From Candidatus Latescibacterota bacterium (GTDB taxonomy: Bacteria; Krumholzibacteriota; Krumholzibacteriia; WVZY01; JAKEHA01), in contig OY970173.1 in assembly GCA_963707635.1 (NCBI GenBank), positions 1,312,001 to 1,376,000 of the forward strand: a DNA stretch of 64,000 nt, in the 5' to 3' direction. The position numbers were made by a program, and so were the translations under genes. Positions within the stretch are counted from its first letter, which is position 1. Every line of letters begins with the position of its first letter. Shown here one piece after another: positions 30,654 through 40,388 of this stretch. Below the pieces are notes generated by a model, which saw only the letters and a list, made by a program, of their open reading frames with translations, was not told the DNA's origin and did not search any database.

Positions 30654-30920
30654 GTGGGACAGCCATACGAGTGCGCCGACTGCAAGCATGCCTTCGCAGT
30701 CGACTTTTCCGACGAGGAAGCTTCTTCGTCCATCCACGAAGGGCGTCTGGACGAGTGTCCCCAGTGCGGACAGCGAGTGGGCCACGGTCGCGTCGAGTGC
30801 GGGCGATGCACGCACCCGTTCGTGGTGCACCTGCCCCACTGGCATCGACACTGCGACCTGGCGAGTGCCAAGTGTCCGATGTGCAGCGAGGCCTTCGTCG
30901 GATTCTGTTCCTGCTCGTGA
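30654..30920 (+). CDS. Small Cys/His-rich putative metal-binding protein
   Basis: 88 aa with 11 Cys: four CxxC, an HWHRHC segment and terminal CSC. GTG start after GAGGGGG. Confidence 0.6.
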   Translation: MGQPYECADCKHAFAVDFSDEEASSSIHEGRLDECPQCGQRVGHGRVECGRCTHPFVVHLPHWHRHCDLASAKCPMCSEAFVGFCSCS

Positions 30921-30971
30921 AATCGGTTTGAGCGCTTGTGACCCGGCCGCGGAATCGCAGGGAACTCCGTC

Positions 30972-31397
30972 ATGGATAAGCGAACCCTCGTCGACCACCT
31001 GAACCAGGATCTCGCCGGCGAGCTCGGAGCCATCATTCAATACCTCACGTACGCCGCCAAGACGACCGGGCCTTACCGCCCGCAACTTTCGCAGTTCTTT
31101 CTCACCGAAGTGGCCGACGAACAGTTGCACGCGCAGTACCTGGCCAACAAGATCGTCGCGCTGGGAGGCGAGCCGACCACCCAGCCGCGGCCGGTCCCGG
31201 CCGCGCGCACCAATCGCGAGATGCTGGAAGCGGTGCTTGCCGCCGAACGACAGGCCACCCAGGACTACTCCGAACGCGCGCGCGAAGCGGACGCCGTCGG
31301 CGACAAGGGCCTCGCGGTCCAGCTCGAAGACATGGTGCGGGATGAGAGCGGGCACGCGGACGAGACGGAGCGGATCTTGCGCGACTGGCCGCTGTAG
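30972..31397 (+). CDS. Ferritin-like/bacterioferritin-family protein
   Basis: GELGAIIQY, DEQLHA, AERQATQDY, DESGHA di-iron ligand pattern. Confidence 0.87.
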   Translation: MDKRTLVDHLNQDLAGELGAIIQYLTYAAKTTGPYRPQLSQFFLTEVADEQLHAQYLANKIVALGGEPTTQPRPVPAARTNREMLEAVLAAERQATQDYSERAREADAVGDKGLAVQLEDMVRDESGHADETERILRDWPL

Positions 31398-31548
31398 GTC
31401 GTGGGTGCGGCGCCGGCGGGCGCGCCGCGAACGAAACATCCGCGATCGCCCGACCGTACATACTGCTGTTTCCAACCGACGCGCGCGTTAGTCCCGGCGC
31501 GAGCCGCCGAGGCGGCGCGAGCGTACCCCGATTTGCCAGGAGGTCCCC

Positions 31549-32473
31549 GTGTTAAGCACCCGTGGTCTTACCAAGATCTATCCCGGTCCCGTCACCGCCC
31601 TCAATGGCATCGACCTCGACGTTCCGGCCGGCATGTTCGGGCTCCTCGGGCCCAACGGCGCGGGGAAGTCCACCTTCATGAAAATTCTGGCGGGACTCTT
31701 GGAACCGACGTCGGGCAGCGTGACCCTCGACGGGGTGGATATCCTCAACGATCCCGAGTCGCTGTGGCCGCGTCTCGGCTATCTCCCGCAGGAATTCGGC
31801 TTCTATCCGCACCTTTCGGGGGAGGCAATGCTGTCGCATCTGCTCGCCCTCAAGGGCGTCGACGCGCCGCAGGGACGCAAGCAGCTGGTGAAGGAACTGC
31901 TCGAGCGCGTGAACCTCACCTTTGCGGCCAAGCGTGCGCTGAAGGGTTACTCCGGCGGCATGCGCCAGCGACTGGGCATCGCGCAGGCGATCGCCGGGGA
32001 CCCGCGCCTCATTATAGTGGACGAACCCACCGCCGGCCTGGACCCGGAGGAGCGGTTGCGGTTCTATCAACTGCTCTCCGAGCTGGCGGTGAACCGCATC
32101 GTGCTGCTCTCCACGCACATCGTCGAGGACGTCGCCGTGTTGTGCCCGCGCTTCGCGATCATTCGCGAAGGGCGCCTGCTGGCCGTCACGACACCGGGAG
32201 AGGCGCGCGCCGCGATCAGTGGTCACGTCTATGAAGGCGTCGTCGATGTGGCCGACCTCGCGCGCCTGCGCGCCGAGCGCACCGTGACCCAGGCGCTGCT
32301 GGTGGAGGGGCGCAACCGGGCGCGCATCTACGAGCCCGACGGGCGCGCCGCCCGCCGGGTTCTCCGCCGCGCCGGTGACGCTCGAAGACGCGTACCTGGT
32401 GCTCATGCGTCTGGGGGCGTTACCGGGCCACGAGGCGGTTGGCGCCGGCGCGCGCACGGATGGGTTGCGATGA
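31549..32473 (+). CDS. ABC transporter ATP-binding protein, apparent +1 frameshift near 32341
   Basis: [34 protein letters not shown]. The typical C-terminus VTLEDAYLVLM lies in the +1 frame and ends in a TGA overlapping the next ATG (ATGA, 32470-73). Confidence 0.85.
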
Positions 32474-35400
32474 GCATCGGACGGCTGCGGGCCTCGTTCG
32501 GGATCGAGTTCTGGTACTCCTTCCGGCGGCCGCTGTTCATCGCGTTGGCGTTGATGCTGGCGCTCACCGCCTTCGGGCTTTCCAGCGGCAAGATGACGAT
32601 CTCGTCCGGCGACAGCGAGGTCGGCGGCACCAAGGCGTGGATCACCTCCGAGTTCGCGCAGACGCAGACGATGGCGTACTTCGTACTGCTCTACTACGCG
32701 TTCTTCGTGGCGGCGGCGGCGGGGCTTTCGCTCCTGCGCGACCGCGAAGTGAAAGTGGACGTGCTCCTGCATTCCACCCCGATGACGCCCGCCGAGTACG
32801 TGTGGGGGCGATTCCTCGCCGTGGTCGGCGGCTTCGTCGTGCTGATGCTGTGGCAGGCCGTGGCCACCACGTTTTTCAACCACGTCTTCCAGCGGGCGAG
32901 TCTCCAGGAAATACGGGGCCCCTTCGCCCCGGCGAGCTACCTCATGCCGGTCCTGACGATGGGGCTCCCGTTCGTCATCTTTTACACCGGCGTGTCCATG
33001 TATGCCGGGGAACGCACGCGAAGCCCAGTGATGGTGTTCGTGCTGCCGGTCGCGATGCTGCTCGTGTGCGCGTTCTTTCTGTGGACGTGGTCTCCCTCGT
33101 GGCTCGATCTGCGGATCAACAAACTGCTGCAGGTGCTCGACCCGTCGGGATTCCGATGGCTCAACGAGACCCATCTGAAAGTCGACCGCGGGGTCGAGTT
33201 CTACAACCGGCACGCGGTCCCGTACGACGGACTCTTCTGGCTCAATCGGGCGTGGCTGGTACTGCTCGGCGTCGCGGGCGCGCTGGCGACGCAGCGCTCG
33301 GTGGCGTCCTCCGCGCGTGGGGCGGCGACGGCGCGCGTCTCGAAACGCAAGGCGAAGGCCGTGACCGCGACGCAGGCGCCCGCGTGGGGCGAAGCCCCCG
33401 CGGCCACCGCGCTGAAGGCGCTGGGCATGACGAGCGGAGTGCCGTCGTTCCTCACCAGCCTGCGCTGGGTGGTGGTGTCGGAGCTGCGCGAGCTCCTGCG
33501 CCAGGCAGGGCTTTACATCTTCGTTCCGATGATTCTGCTCCAGTGTCTCGGTAATGTCATGGTCGCGGTGGGGGCGTTCGACACGCCGCTGCTGCTGACA
33601 CCCGGTCTTACCGCCGTGGTGGTGGCGAACCAGACCTCGGTGTTCGTCTGCTTTCTGCTGATGTTCTACATGGTGGAGTCGCTGGAGCGCGAGCGTGCCA
33701 CCGGATTCGCCCCGATTCTCTACGCCACGCCGCTGCGAACCACCGCGCTCCTGGTCGGCAAGGCGCTCGCCAACGGCGTCGTGGTGCTCGCGGTGCTGGG
33801 GGCGTCACTGGTCGCGTGCGCTGATCGGGCTCCTCATCCAGCACACGATTTCGTTCTCCCTCACGCCCTACCTGCTGATATGGGGGCTGTTGCTCATTCC
33901 CACCTTCCTGGCGTGGACCGCCTTCGTGACCGCGACCTACGCGGCGACGGGCAATCGCTACGGCGCGTACTCGCTTTCGTTCGCCCTGCTCGCGTTCACC
34001 GGGTACCGCGCGCTCACCGGTGGAATCACCTGGGCAGGCAACTGGGCGCTGTGGGGTGCGATCCGCTGGAGCGACCTCGGCTTCTTCGAGATCGATCGCC
34101 GGGCGCTGGTTCTCAACCGGATCATGGTGCTCGGCTTCGCGGTGCTGTTCACGGTGATCGCGGTGCGACTCTTCGGGCGGCGCGGCACCGACGCGGTGCG
34201 CGCCATGCACCGGATGGCGCCGCGGCGGCTGTGGTCGTCGGGCCTGAAGCTCGCGCCGTACGCGGCCGTCCCGCTCATCGCGGTCGTGATGTTGTTGCTG
34301 CTGGTGAGCCACGGCCTGGAGGGGGGCGCGGCGAAGAAGGCCAACAAGGACTACTGGGCGAAGAATCTCAAGACCTGGTTCGAGGCGCCGGTCCCGGACA
34401 TCGCCCGCTTCGACGTCGACGTGAAGGTGGATCCCGCGCGGCACTGGCTCTCCAGCGATGGGGCCTTCACGCTCGTCAACGGCCTGGACTCGGTGCTCAC
34501 GCGCATTCCGCTCACCGGCGGGCTGCACTGGAAGCAGGTCGCGTGGACCATGAACGGGGCCGAATACACGCCCGACGACAGCCAGCACCTCTATCTGTTC
34601 ACGCCGCCGCATCCGCTCGCGAAAGGGGACAGCGTGGTGATCGGCTGGAAGTTCGAAGGACGCTTTCCGGGCGGCGTCACCCGCAACGGTGGCAACACCG
34701 AGGAATTCATCCTCCCGTCGGGGGTGGTGCTGACCGGATTCACGCCCAGCTTCGCGCCCGTGATCGGTTTCATGGAGAAGGTCGGCGAGACCAAGGACAA
34801 CACCACCGAACCGCGGAAGTACCCGCGCGACTACTACCGGGGCATCACGCGCGCGAGCTACGGCGCCACCGCCTGGTTTCCGGCGCGCGTGACCGTCACC
34901 GGCCCCGAGGCGTACACGCTCAACTCGGTCGGCGTCTGCACGAGCAACACCGTGAAGGATGGATGGCGCACCCAGGTGTGGGAGACCGATCACCCGGTCA
35001 AGATTCTCAACATCGTCTGCGGGCGCTGGAGCGTCAAGCAGGGCGACGGCACCACCATCTTCTACCACCCGTCCCACGCGTACAACGTCGACGAGATGTC
35101 CGCCACCCTCGACGCCGCGCGGCGCTGGTACTCCGAGTGGTTCCTGCCGTATCCGTGGCACGAACTGAAGCTCTCGGAGTTTCCCGGACTCGCCGGGTAC
35201 GCCCAGGGCTTCGGCACCAACATCACCTTCAGCGAGAACATCGGGTTCCTGACCAAGAACGACGCCAAGGCGAGCGCCGCTTTCCTCGTCACCGCCCACG
35301 AAGCAGCGCACCAGTGGTGGGGCAACATCCTGACCCCGGCCAGCGGCCCGGGCGGCGATTTCCTGAGCGAGGGAACCTCGCACTTCTCCACCATGCTGCT

Positions 35401-36082
35401 CTTCGAACAGATCAAGGGGCCTCGCGCGCGCATGGAATTCGCCAAGGGCCTCGAGGCGCGCTACGGCAACAACCGGCGCGCGGACGACGAACGCCCCATG
35501 TACGACGTGGACGGCAAGCGGCGCGACGACGCTACCGTGATCTACGATCGCGGCGGGTGGGTATTCTGGATGGTGTACGACTATCTCGGTCACGAGCGCG
35601 CGCGGGCCGCGTACCGGGATTTCTTCCAGACCTGGAGCGTGAGCCGGGACCACCCGGCGCTGCAGGATTTCGTCGCGGCGATGCGCAAGTACGCGCAGGA
35701 TCCGGTGGCGTACGACGCGTTCGCCAGGCAGTGGTTCGAGGACAAGGTGGTTCCGGAGTACCGGGTCGCCGACGCGAGCAAGCAGGCGAGCGGAGACGGC
35801 TACGACGTGACGGTGACCGTGACCAACGCCGGAACCGGGGTCATGCCGGTGGTAGTGGCGGCCACGTCGGGGGAGCGCTGGAAAAAGCCGGAGGCGGCGG
35901 ATTCGATGGCGTCGTACACGCAGAACCCCGACTACACGGACGCCCGCGAGACCGTGACCCTCGGCGCCGGCGAAACCAGGACGCTCACGATCCACTGCGC
36001 CTTCGAACCGCACGCGGTGGTCGTGGACCCCGACGTGCGTGTGCTGCAGTTGAAACGCAAGCAGGCGACTGCTAACCTGTGA
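32470..36082 (+). CDS. ABC-2 type permease fused to M1-family aminopeptidase domain, apparent +1 frameshift near 33820
   Basis: Two permease halves (LLHSTP, ILYATP). TM text switches frame at LVAC|LIGLLIQ. C-terminal HEAAHQWWG-x-E gluzincin motif and IYDRG. Confidence 0.82.
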
Positions 36083-36116
36083 GGTCCAAATCATCACTCT
36101 ACATGGAGGTGCCGCA

Positions 36117-36785
36117 ATGGCTCTGCAAATTGGTGACATCGCCCCCGACTTCGAGGCCCAGACCACTGAAGGCCGCATCCAGTTCCACGACTGGGTCGGC
36201 GACTCGTGGTGCGTGCTGTTCTCGCACCCGAAGGATTTCACGCCGGTGTGCACAACCGAGCTGGGGTACATGGCGAAGATCAAGCACGAGTTCGACAAGC
36301 GCAACGTGAAGATCGTGGGCATTTCGGTCGACTCCGTCGAGGACCACCAGCGCTGGAAGGGTGATATCAAGGAAGCGACGGGCGCGGCGGTGAGCTACCC
36401 GATGATCGGAGACTCCGAGCTGACGGTGGCGAAACTGTATGGGATGATCCATCCCAACGCGACGGGCGCGGCGTCGACGCGCACCGCCGCCGACAACCAG
36501 ACCGTGCGCACCGTGTTCGTCGTCGGCCCGGATAAGAAGATCAAACTGATGCTCACGTACCCGATGAGCACCGGGCGTAATTTTGACGAAGTGCTGCGCG
36601 TGATCGACTCGATGCAGCTGACCGCCCGGCATTCCGTGGCCACGCCGGTGAACTGGAAGCAGGGCGACGACGTGATCATCCTGGCGTCGGTGTCGGACGA
36701 AGACGCGAAGAAGAAGTTTCCGGAAGGGTGGAAGGCTCCGAAGCCGTATCTGCGTTTCGTGAAGCACCCGGCCGAGAAGCGCTAG
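36117..36785 (+). CDS. 1-Cys peroxiredoxin (Prx6 family)
   Basis: FSHPKDFTPVCTTELG, TGRNFDEVLRVIDS, ATPVNWKQG. GGAGGT RBS. Confidence 0.95.
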   Translation: MALQIGDIAPDFEAQTTEGRIQFHDWVGDSWCVLFSHPKDFTPVCTTELGYMAKIKHEFDKRNVKIVGISVDSVEDHQRWKGDIKEATGAAVSYPMIGDSELTVAKLYGMIHPNATGAASTRTAADNQTVRTVFVVGPDKKIKLMLTYPMSTGRNFDEVLRVIDSMQLTARHSVATPVNWKQGDDVIILASVSDEDAKKKFPEGWKAPKPYLRFVKHPAEKR

Positions 36786-36989
36786 GTCGCCGTGAGGATG
36801 CCCGCGTCGCCGTCCGAAGCGCGCCACGGAGGCCCTTCGCGCAGGAGCGAGCGAGGATCACCCGCCGGCCCTGACCACACACGTACCCGTCACTCCGTGC
36901 CAGGCGGGAAGCCGAGCGAAGCGGGCGCAGGGCCGACGTGTGCGCGTCGGACGGCTCCGCCCGGAACTCTCCCGCGTGCCCCGATCGCG

Positions 36990-38051
36990 ATGGCGCTGGC
37001 GCTGAGCGCCCTGATCGCGTGCGGTGATGATGCCACCGACCCCGGCGAACCGCCAGCGTTCGCGCCGACCGCACCGGCGCTGCTTTCGACCAGCAGCCCG
37101 ACCAAGGACGAGGACCCGTCGGTCATTCGCGCCCGCGACGGCTCGATGGTGGTGGCGTGGTTCTCGGACCGCGGCGCCAACGCCGGAGACATCTACATCA
37201 CGCGAACGACGAATGGTGCCAACTGGGCGCCCGCCGTTCGCGTCACCACCAGCGTCGACGGCGACTTCTACCCGCAGCTCTTCCAGGACGACGCGGGGAC
37301 GTTTCATCTGGTGTGGTTCCGATGGTACGCATTCGAACGCGGCCACATCATGCACAACGCCTCGGCGTCCGCGCTCGCCTGGGATCCCGCCGACGAGGAC
37401 ACGGTGACCACCGCGGCCGATGTCGACGACTGGGTGCCGTGCATTACGGGCACCGCCGACAGCCTGCTCGTCCTCTTCGTGAGCAACGTACGCGACGCGA
37501 TCGACACCACCAACGAGATCTACATGACCTCGCGTTCACCAGGGGGGACGTCGTGGAGCACGCCGGTCAAGGTCCCGGGGGTGAACAGCTCGACCGAGCA
37601 CGACCACCTGCCGTTCGCGGCGTGGACCGGGAGCGAGTTCACGCTGGTGTGGGTCCGCCACGACACGTCGCAGCCATCGCCGTGGCTCAACCCGCCGCCC
37701 AACTCGCAGCTCTATATCGCAACCTCTCCCACCGGCGCGTTGTGGTCGGCGCCCGCGCCGATCACCAACGACGCGGCGCCGATCATCAACGTGTTTCCGC
37801 AGCTCTACCCGGGACAGGACGGTGCGTGGCGAATCGTGTGGCTATCGACCCGCGCGGGCGCGCCCGCGGTCTTCGAACTCCCGCTCGTGAACGCAAGCGT
37901 GTACCCGACAGGAGTGGTCGAGGACACGTTCCTGCCGCCTGGCTATTCGCACCGGATCGCACCCACCCCGACTCCCGGGGTCTATCTTGGCGCGTGGGTT
38001 CAGGGCCCCGAGGGGGCGCAGGACGTCTACTATCGCTTCTTCGACCGCTAG
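36990..38051 (+). CDS. Putative lipoprotein with sialidase/BNR-like beta-propeller (start uncertain, may be up to 36792)
   Basis: LIAC lipobox-like sequence followed by repeated D..P.....G...VW.S and S..G..WS.P units. Confidence 0.65.
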   Translation: MALALSALIACGDDATDPGEPPAFAPTAPALLSTSSPTKDEDPSVIRARDGSMVVAWFSDRGANAGDIYITRTTNGANWAPAVRVTTSVDGDFYPQLFQDDAGTFHLVWFRWYAFERGHIMHNASASALAWDPADEDTVTTAADVDDWVPCITGTADSLLVLFVSNVRDAIDTTNEIYMTSRSPGGTSWSTPVKVPGVNSSTEHDHLPFAAWTGSEFTLVWVRHDTSQPSPWLNPPPNSQLYIATSPTGALWSAPAPITNDAAPIINVFPQLYPGQDGAWRIVWLSTRAGAPAVFELPLVNASVYPTGVVEDTFLPPGYSHRIAPTPTPGVYLGAWVQGPEGAQDVYYRFFDR

Positions 38052-38069
38052 GCTTTGCCAAGTCCGAAG

Positions 38070-38100
38070 TTGTCACCGCGTGCTGCGATCGCGTACACTT
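38070..38100 (+). promoter_or_regulatory. Putative promoter TTGTCA-N18-TACACT
   Basis: Direct reading. Similar motif found at 12755 and 41807. Confidence 0.5.
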
Positions 38101-38194
38101 ATTGTGCCCACTAAGTTGGCTGACCGGGGGAACTCCTTGGCGGAGGTCCCGGCTTCCTCTGCAGTGCACTAGTCAACCCTCGGAGAGACTACCC

Positions 38195-38587
38195 ATGAAT
38201 CGGAAGTGGATTCTCCTTTCGGTAATTACGGCATTTGTACTCCTCGGGTTCGCGTTCGAGGCGCAACGCCCCGTGACTGTCGCGACGACGTCGACTGTGT
38301 CGTCCCACGAGGCGGGAATGATCCTCAACGTGGATCCGGCTACAGGTCAGATTGTCGACCATCCCGTTCCGGGATCGGTCTCGCTCGTGCTCGACCAGGA
38401 TCTCGCGAACGATGTCAGCACGTCGAGCGAGGGCCTGCAGGCTGTCCATACCGGCCATGGCACGATGGTCGATTTGCAGGGTCGCTTCAACAACATGTCG
38501 GTGGCAACCATCGACGCGAACGGCAAGCTCGTCGCTCCGTGCGTAAGTAGCACCAACCCCGCCGCCGATCCGGCGAGCCAGAAGTAG
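38195..38587 (+). CDS. Small exported protein resembling the 'post-PEP-CTERM-1' domain family
   Basis: Signal peptide, then GMILNVDPATG...STSSEGL...VDLQGRF...IDANG...C. Family assignment is from memory of the motif. Confidence 0.65.
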   Translation: MNRKWILLSVITAFVLLGFAFEAQRPVTVATTSTVSSHEAGMILNVDPATGQIVDHPVPGSVSLVLDQDLANDVSTSSEGLQAVHTGHGTMVDLQGRFNNMSVATIDANGKLVAPCVSSTNPAADPASQK

Positions 38588-38598
38588 GAGGATCGATC

Positions 38599-40131
38599 AT
38601 GAAACATTTGCGAATGATCCTGTCACTTCTCGCGCTGGTGCTGGTGGTTGGATTTGCGGCCGTGGACGCTGGCGCTGCCACCATCGTCATCAACAATCTC
38701 GACGGAGTCGGCGAGGGATTCAACGACATGACGCCGGTGGCTCCGGTTGGCGGTAACCCGGGGGTCACGCTGGGTCAGCAGCGCCTGAACGCGTTCACGT
38801 ACGCGGCAGAGCTGGCGGGCTTCTGCCTGGTGAGCATCCCGCCGATCGTCGTCGATGCCCGGATGGATCCCCTGTCCTGCAACGCCACCTCGGCGGTGCT
38901 CGGTTCGGCGGGTGCGATCCTGGTCTGGTCGGACTTCCCGGGCGCTCCGCTGCCGGCTACCTGGTATTGCGGCGCGCTGGCCAACGCCAAGGCCGGCGTG
39001 GACCTTGACGGTGGGCTCTACAGCGAGATCAATGCTCGCTTCAACAGCTCCATCAACGGCAATGCCAACTGCCTGGCCGGCTACTACTGGTACTACGGAT
39101 ACGACGGCATCCTCCCGGGGGCCAACTACATCGACTTCATCTCCGTGGTGGAGCACGAGATCCTGCACGGGCTGGGCTTCCAGTCGTTCATTAATGTTTC
39201 GACCGGCGCCGAGCTCAACGGGCCGCCCCAGCAAAAGGACGTGTTTGAGACGATGACGGAGCATCACGGGGTCGGGCTCTTCCCGGCCTTGACCGCTGCC
39301 CAGCGCGCCGCCGGGGTCAAGGCGGATCCGAACCTCCACTTCGTCGGCCCCAACGTCACGGCGGGTGGCGTGGCTCTGGTCGGCGGAGTGAGCGACGGCC
39401 ACGTGCGCCTGTATGGACCGGCGACGCTCGCGCCCGGCTCGACGCTGTCTCACTGGAGCACGGCGTTGACACCGAACGAGCTGATGGAGCCGATCTACAC
39501 CGGCCCGAACCACAGCCGCGGCCTCGCGGAGGCGCTGCTGATGGATATCGGCTGGACGATTCAGTGCCCGGTTACGGTGGCGATCTCCTCGTTCGACGCG
39601 CGGGCCGTGGCCGGCGGCGTTCGTCTCGACGCGGTGTTCGCGTCGACGTTCGACGCGGTCTGGGTCCACGTGTATCGCGCCGAGGGCTCGGGGCAGTTCC
39701 GGGCGATCGCGACCGAGGCCCAGAACGGGAAGGCCAGCTTCTCGTATGTCGACCAGAGCGCCGCGCCTGGCACCGAGTACAGCTACCAGATCGGCGTGGT
39801 CGATCAGGACGGCGAGTTCATGTCGCCGGTCCAGAAGGTGACCCTGTCCGCGACGGCGGCATCGCTCGCCCAGAACGAGCCGAACCCGTTCAACCCGACA
39901 ACCTCGATCCGGTTCACCCTCGCGTCGAAGGAGCAAGTGACGCTCTCGATTTACGACGTGAGCGGACGCCTGGTACGCAGCCTCGTTAACGAGGAGCGCG
40001 GAATCGGTTCGCACAGTGTCGCGTGGGACGGCCGCGACGCCGCCGGCAACCCGGCGGGCTCCGGCCTCTACTTCTATCGGCTGAACGCTGGAAAGTTCAG
40101 CGACACGAAGAAGATGGTATTGCTGAAGTAG
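38599..40131 (+). CDS. Secreted zinc metalloprotease-like protein with C-terminal FlgD-Ig sorting domain
   Basis: AGGAGG RBS, signal peptide, HEILHGLGF, LSHW, LMEP, C-terminal QNEPNPFNPTT...SGLYFYRL...KMVLLK. Confidence 0.85.
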   Translation: MKHLRMILSLLALVLVVGFAAVDAGAATIVINNLDGVGEGFNDMTPVAPVGGNPGVTLGQQRLNAFTYAAELAGFCLVSIPPIVVDARMDPLSCNATSAVLGSAGAILVWSDFPGAPLPATWYCGALANAKAGVDLDGGLYSEINARFNSSINGNANCLAGYYWYYGYDGILPGANYIDFISVVEHEILHGLGFQSFINVSTGAELNGPPQQKDVFETMTEHHGVGLFPALTAAQRAAGVKADPNLHFVGPNVTAGGVALVGGVSDGHVRLYGPATLAPGSTLSHWSTALTPNELMEPIYTGPNHSRGLAEALLMDIGWTIQCPVTVAISSFDARAVAGGVRLDAVFASTFDAVWVHVYRAEGSGQFRAIATEAQNGKASFSYVDQSAAPGTEYSYQIGVVDQDGEFMSPVQKVTLSATAASLAQNEPNPFNPTTSIRFTLASKEQVTLSIYDVSGRLVRSLVNEERGIGSHSVAWDGRDAAGNPAGSGLYFYRLNAGKFSDTKKMVLLK

Positions 40132-40157
40132 CTCTGACTTCGCTGGATGGGCAACGA

Positions 40158-40198
40158 AGGCGCCCCGGGGGTAGCTCTCCCGGGGCGCCTGCTTTTTT
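40158..40198 (+). terminator. Intrinsic terminator
   Basis: Perfect 12-bp stem AGGCGCCCCGGG/CCCGGGGCGCCT followed by GC-TTTTTT. Confidence 0.85.
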
Positions 40199-40332
40199 GC
40201 CCGGCCCGCCGGGACTCTGCGCTCGCGCGGCGGGACATTTGCTACCGCTACTTCGCGAACTAGGATACCGTGCCACAGGTGTCTTGCGGGTCCGTGGGCG
40301 CATGCGACACCCGGGTGGCGGTGGTTGCCCGG

Positions 40333-40388
40333 CCCCGACGTGCGCGTGTTGCAGTTGCGCCCGCAAGCAGGCGATTGTCACCCTATGA
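40333..40388 (+). repeat. Degenerate copy of the last ~18 codons of the ABC/M1 gene (36028-36082)
   Basis: 45/56 identical by hand alignment. PDVRVLQLR-RKQAIVTL* versus PDVRVLQLKRKQATANL*. Confidence 0.8.

Noticed and set aside
30918..30941. Selenocysteine read-through at the TGA of the Cys-rich ORF
   Set aside because: No SECIS-like hairpin at the expected distance, and another TGA follows after six further codons.
31549..36075. 1508-aa ORF as a novel giant ATPase-permease fusion
   Set aside because: The linker and the last ~750 aa are off-frame Arg/Gly/Pro-rich text. Recognisable protein continues in the +1 frame at both points.
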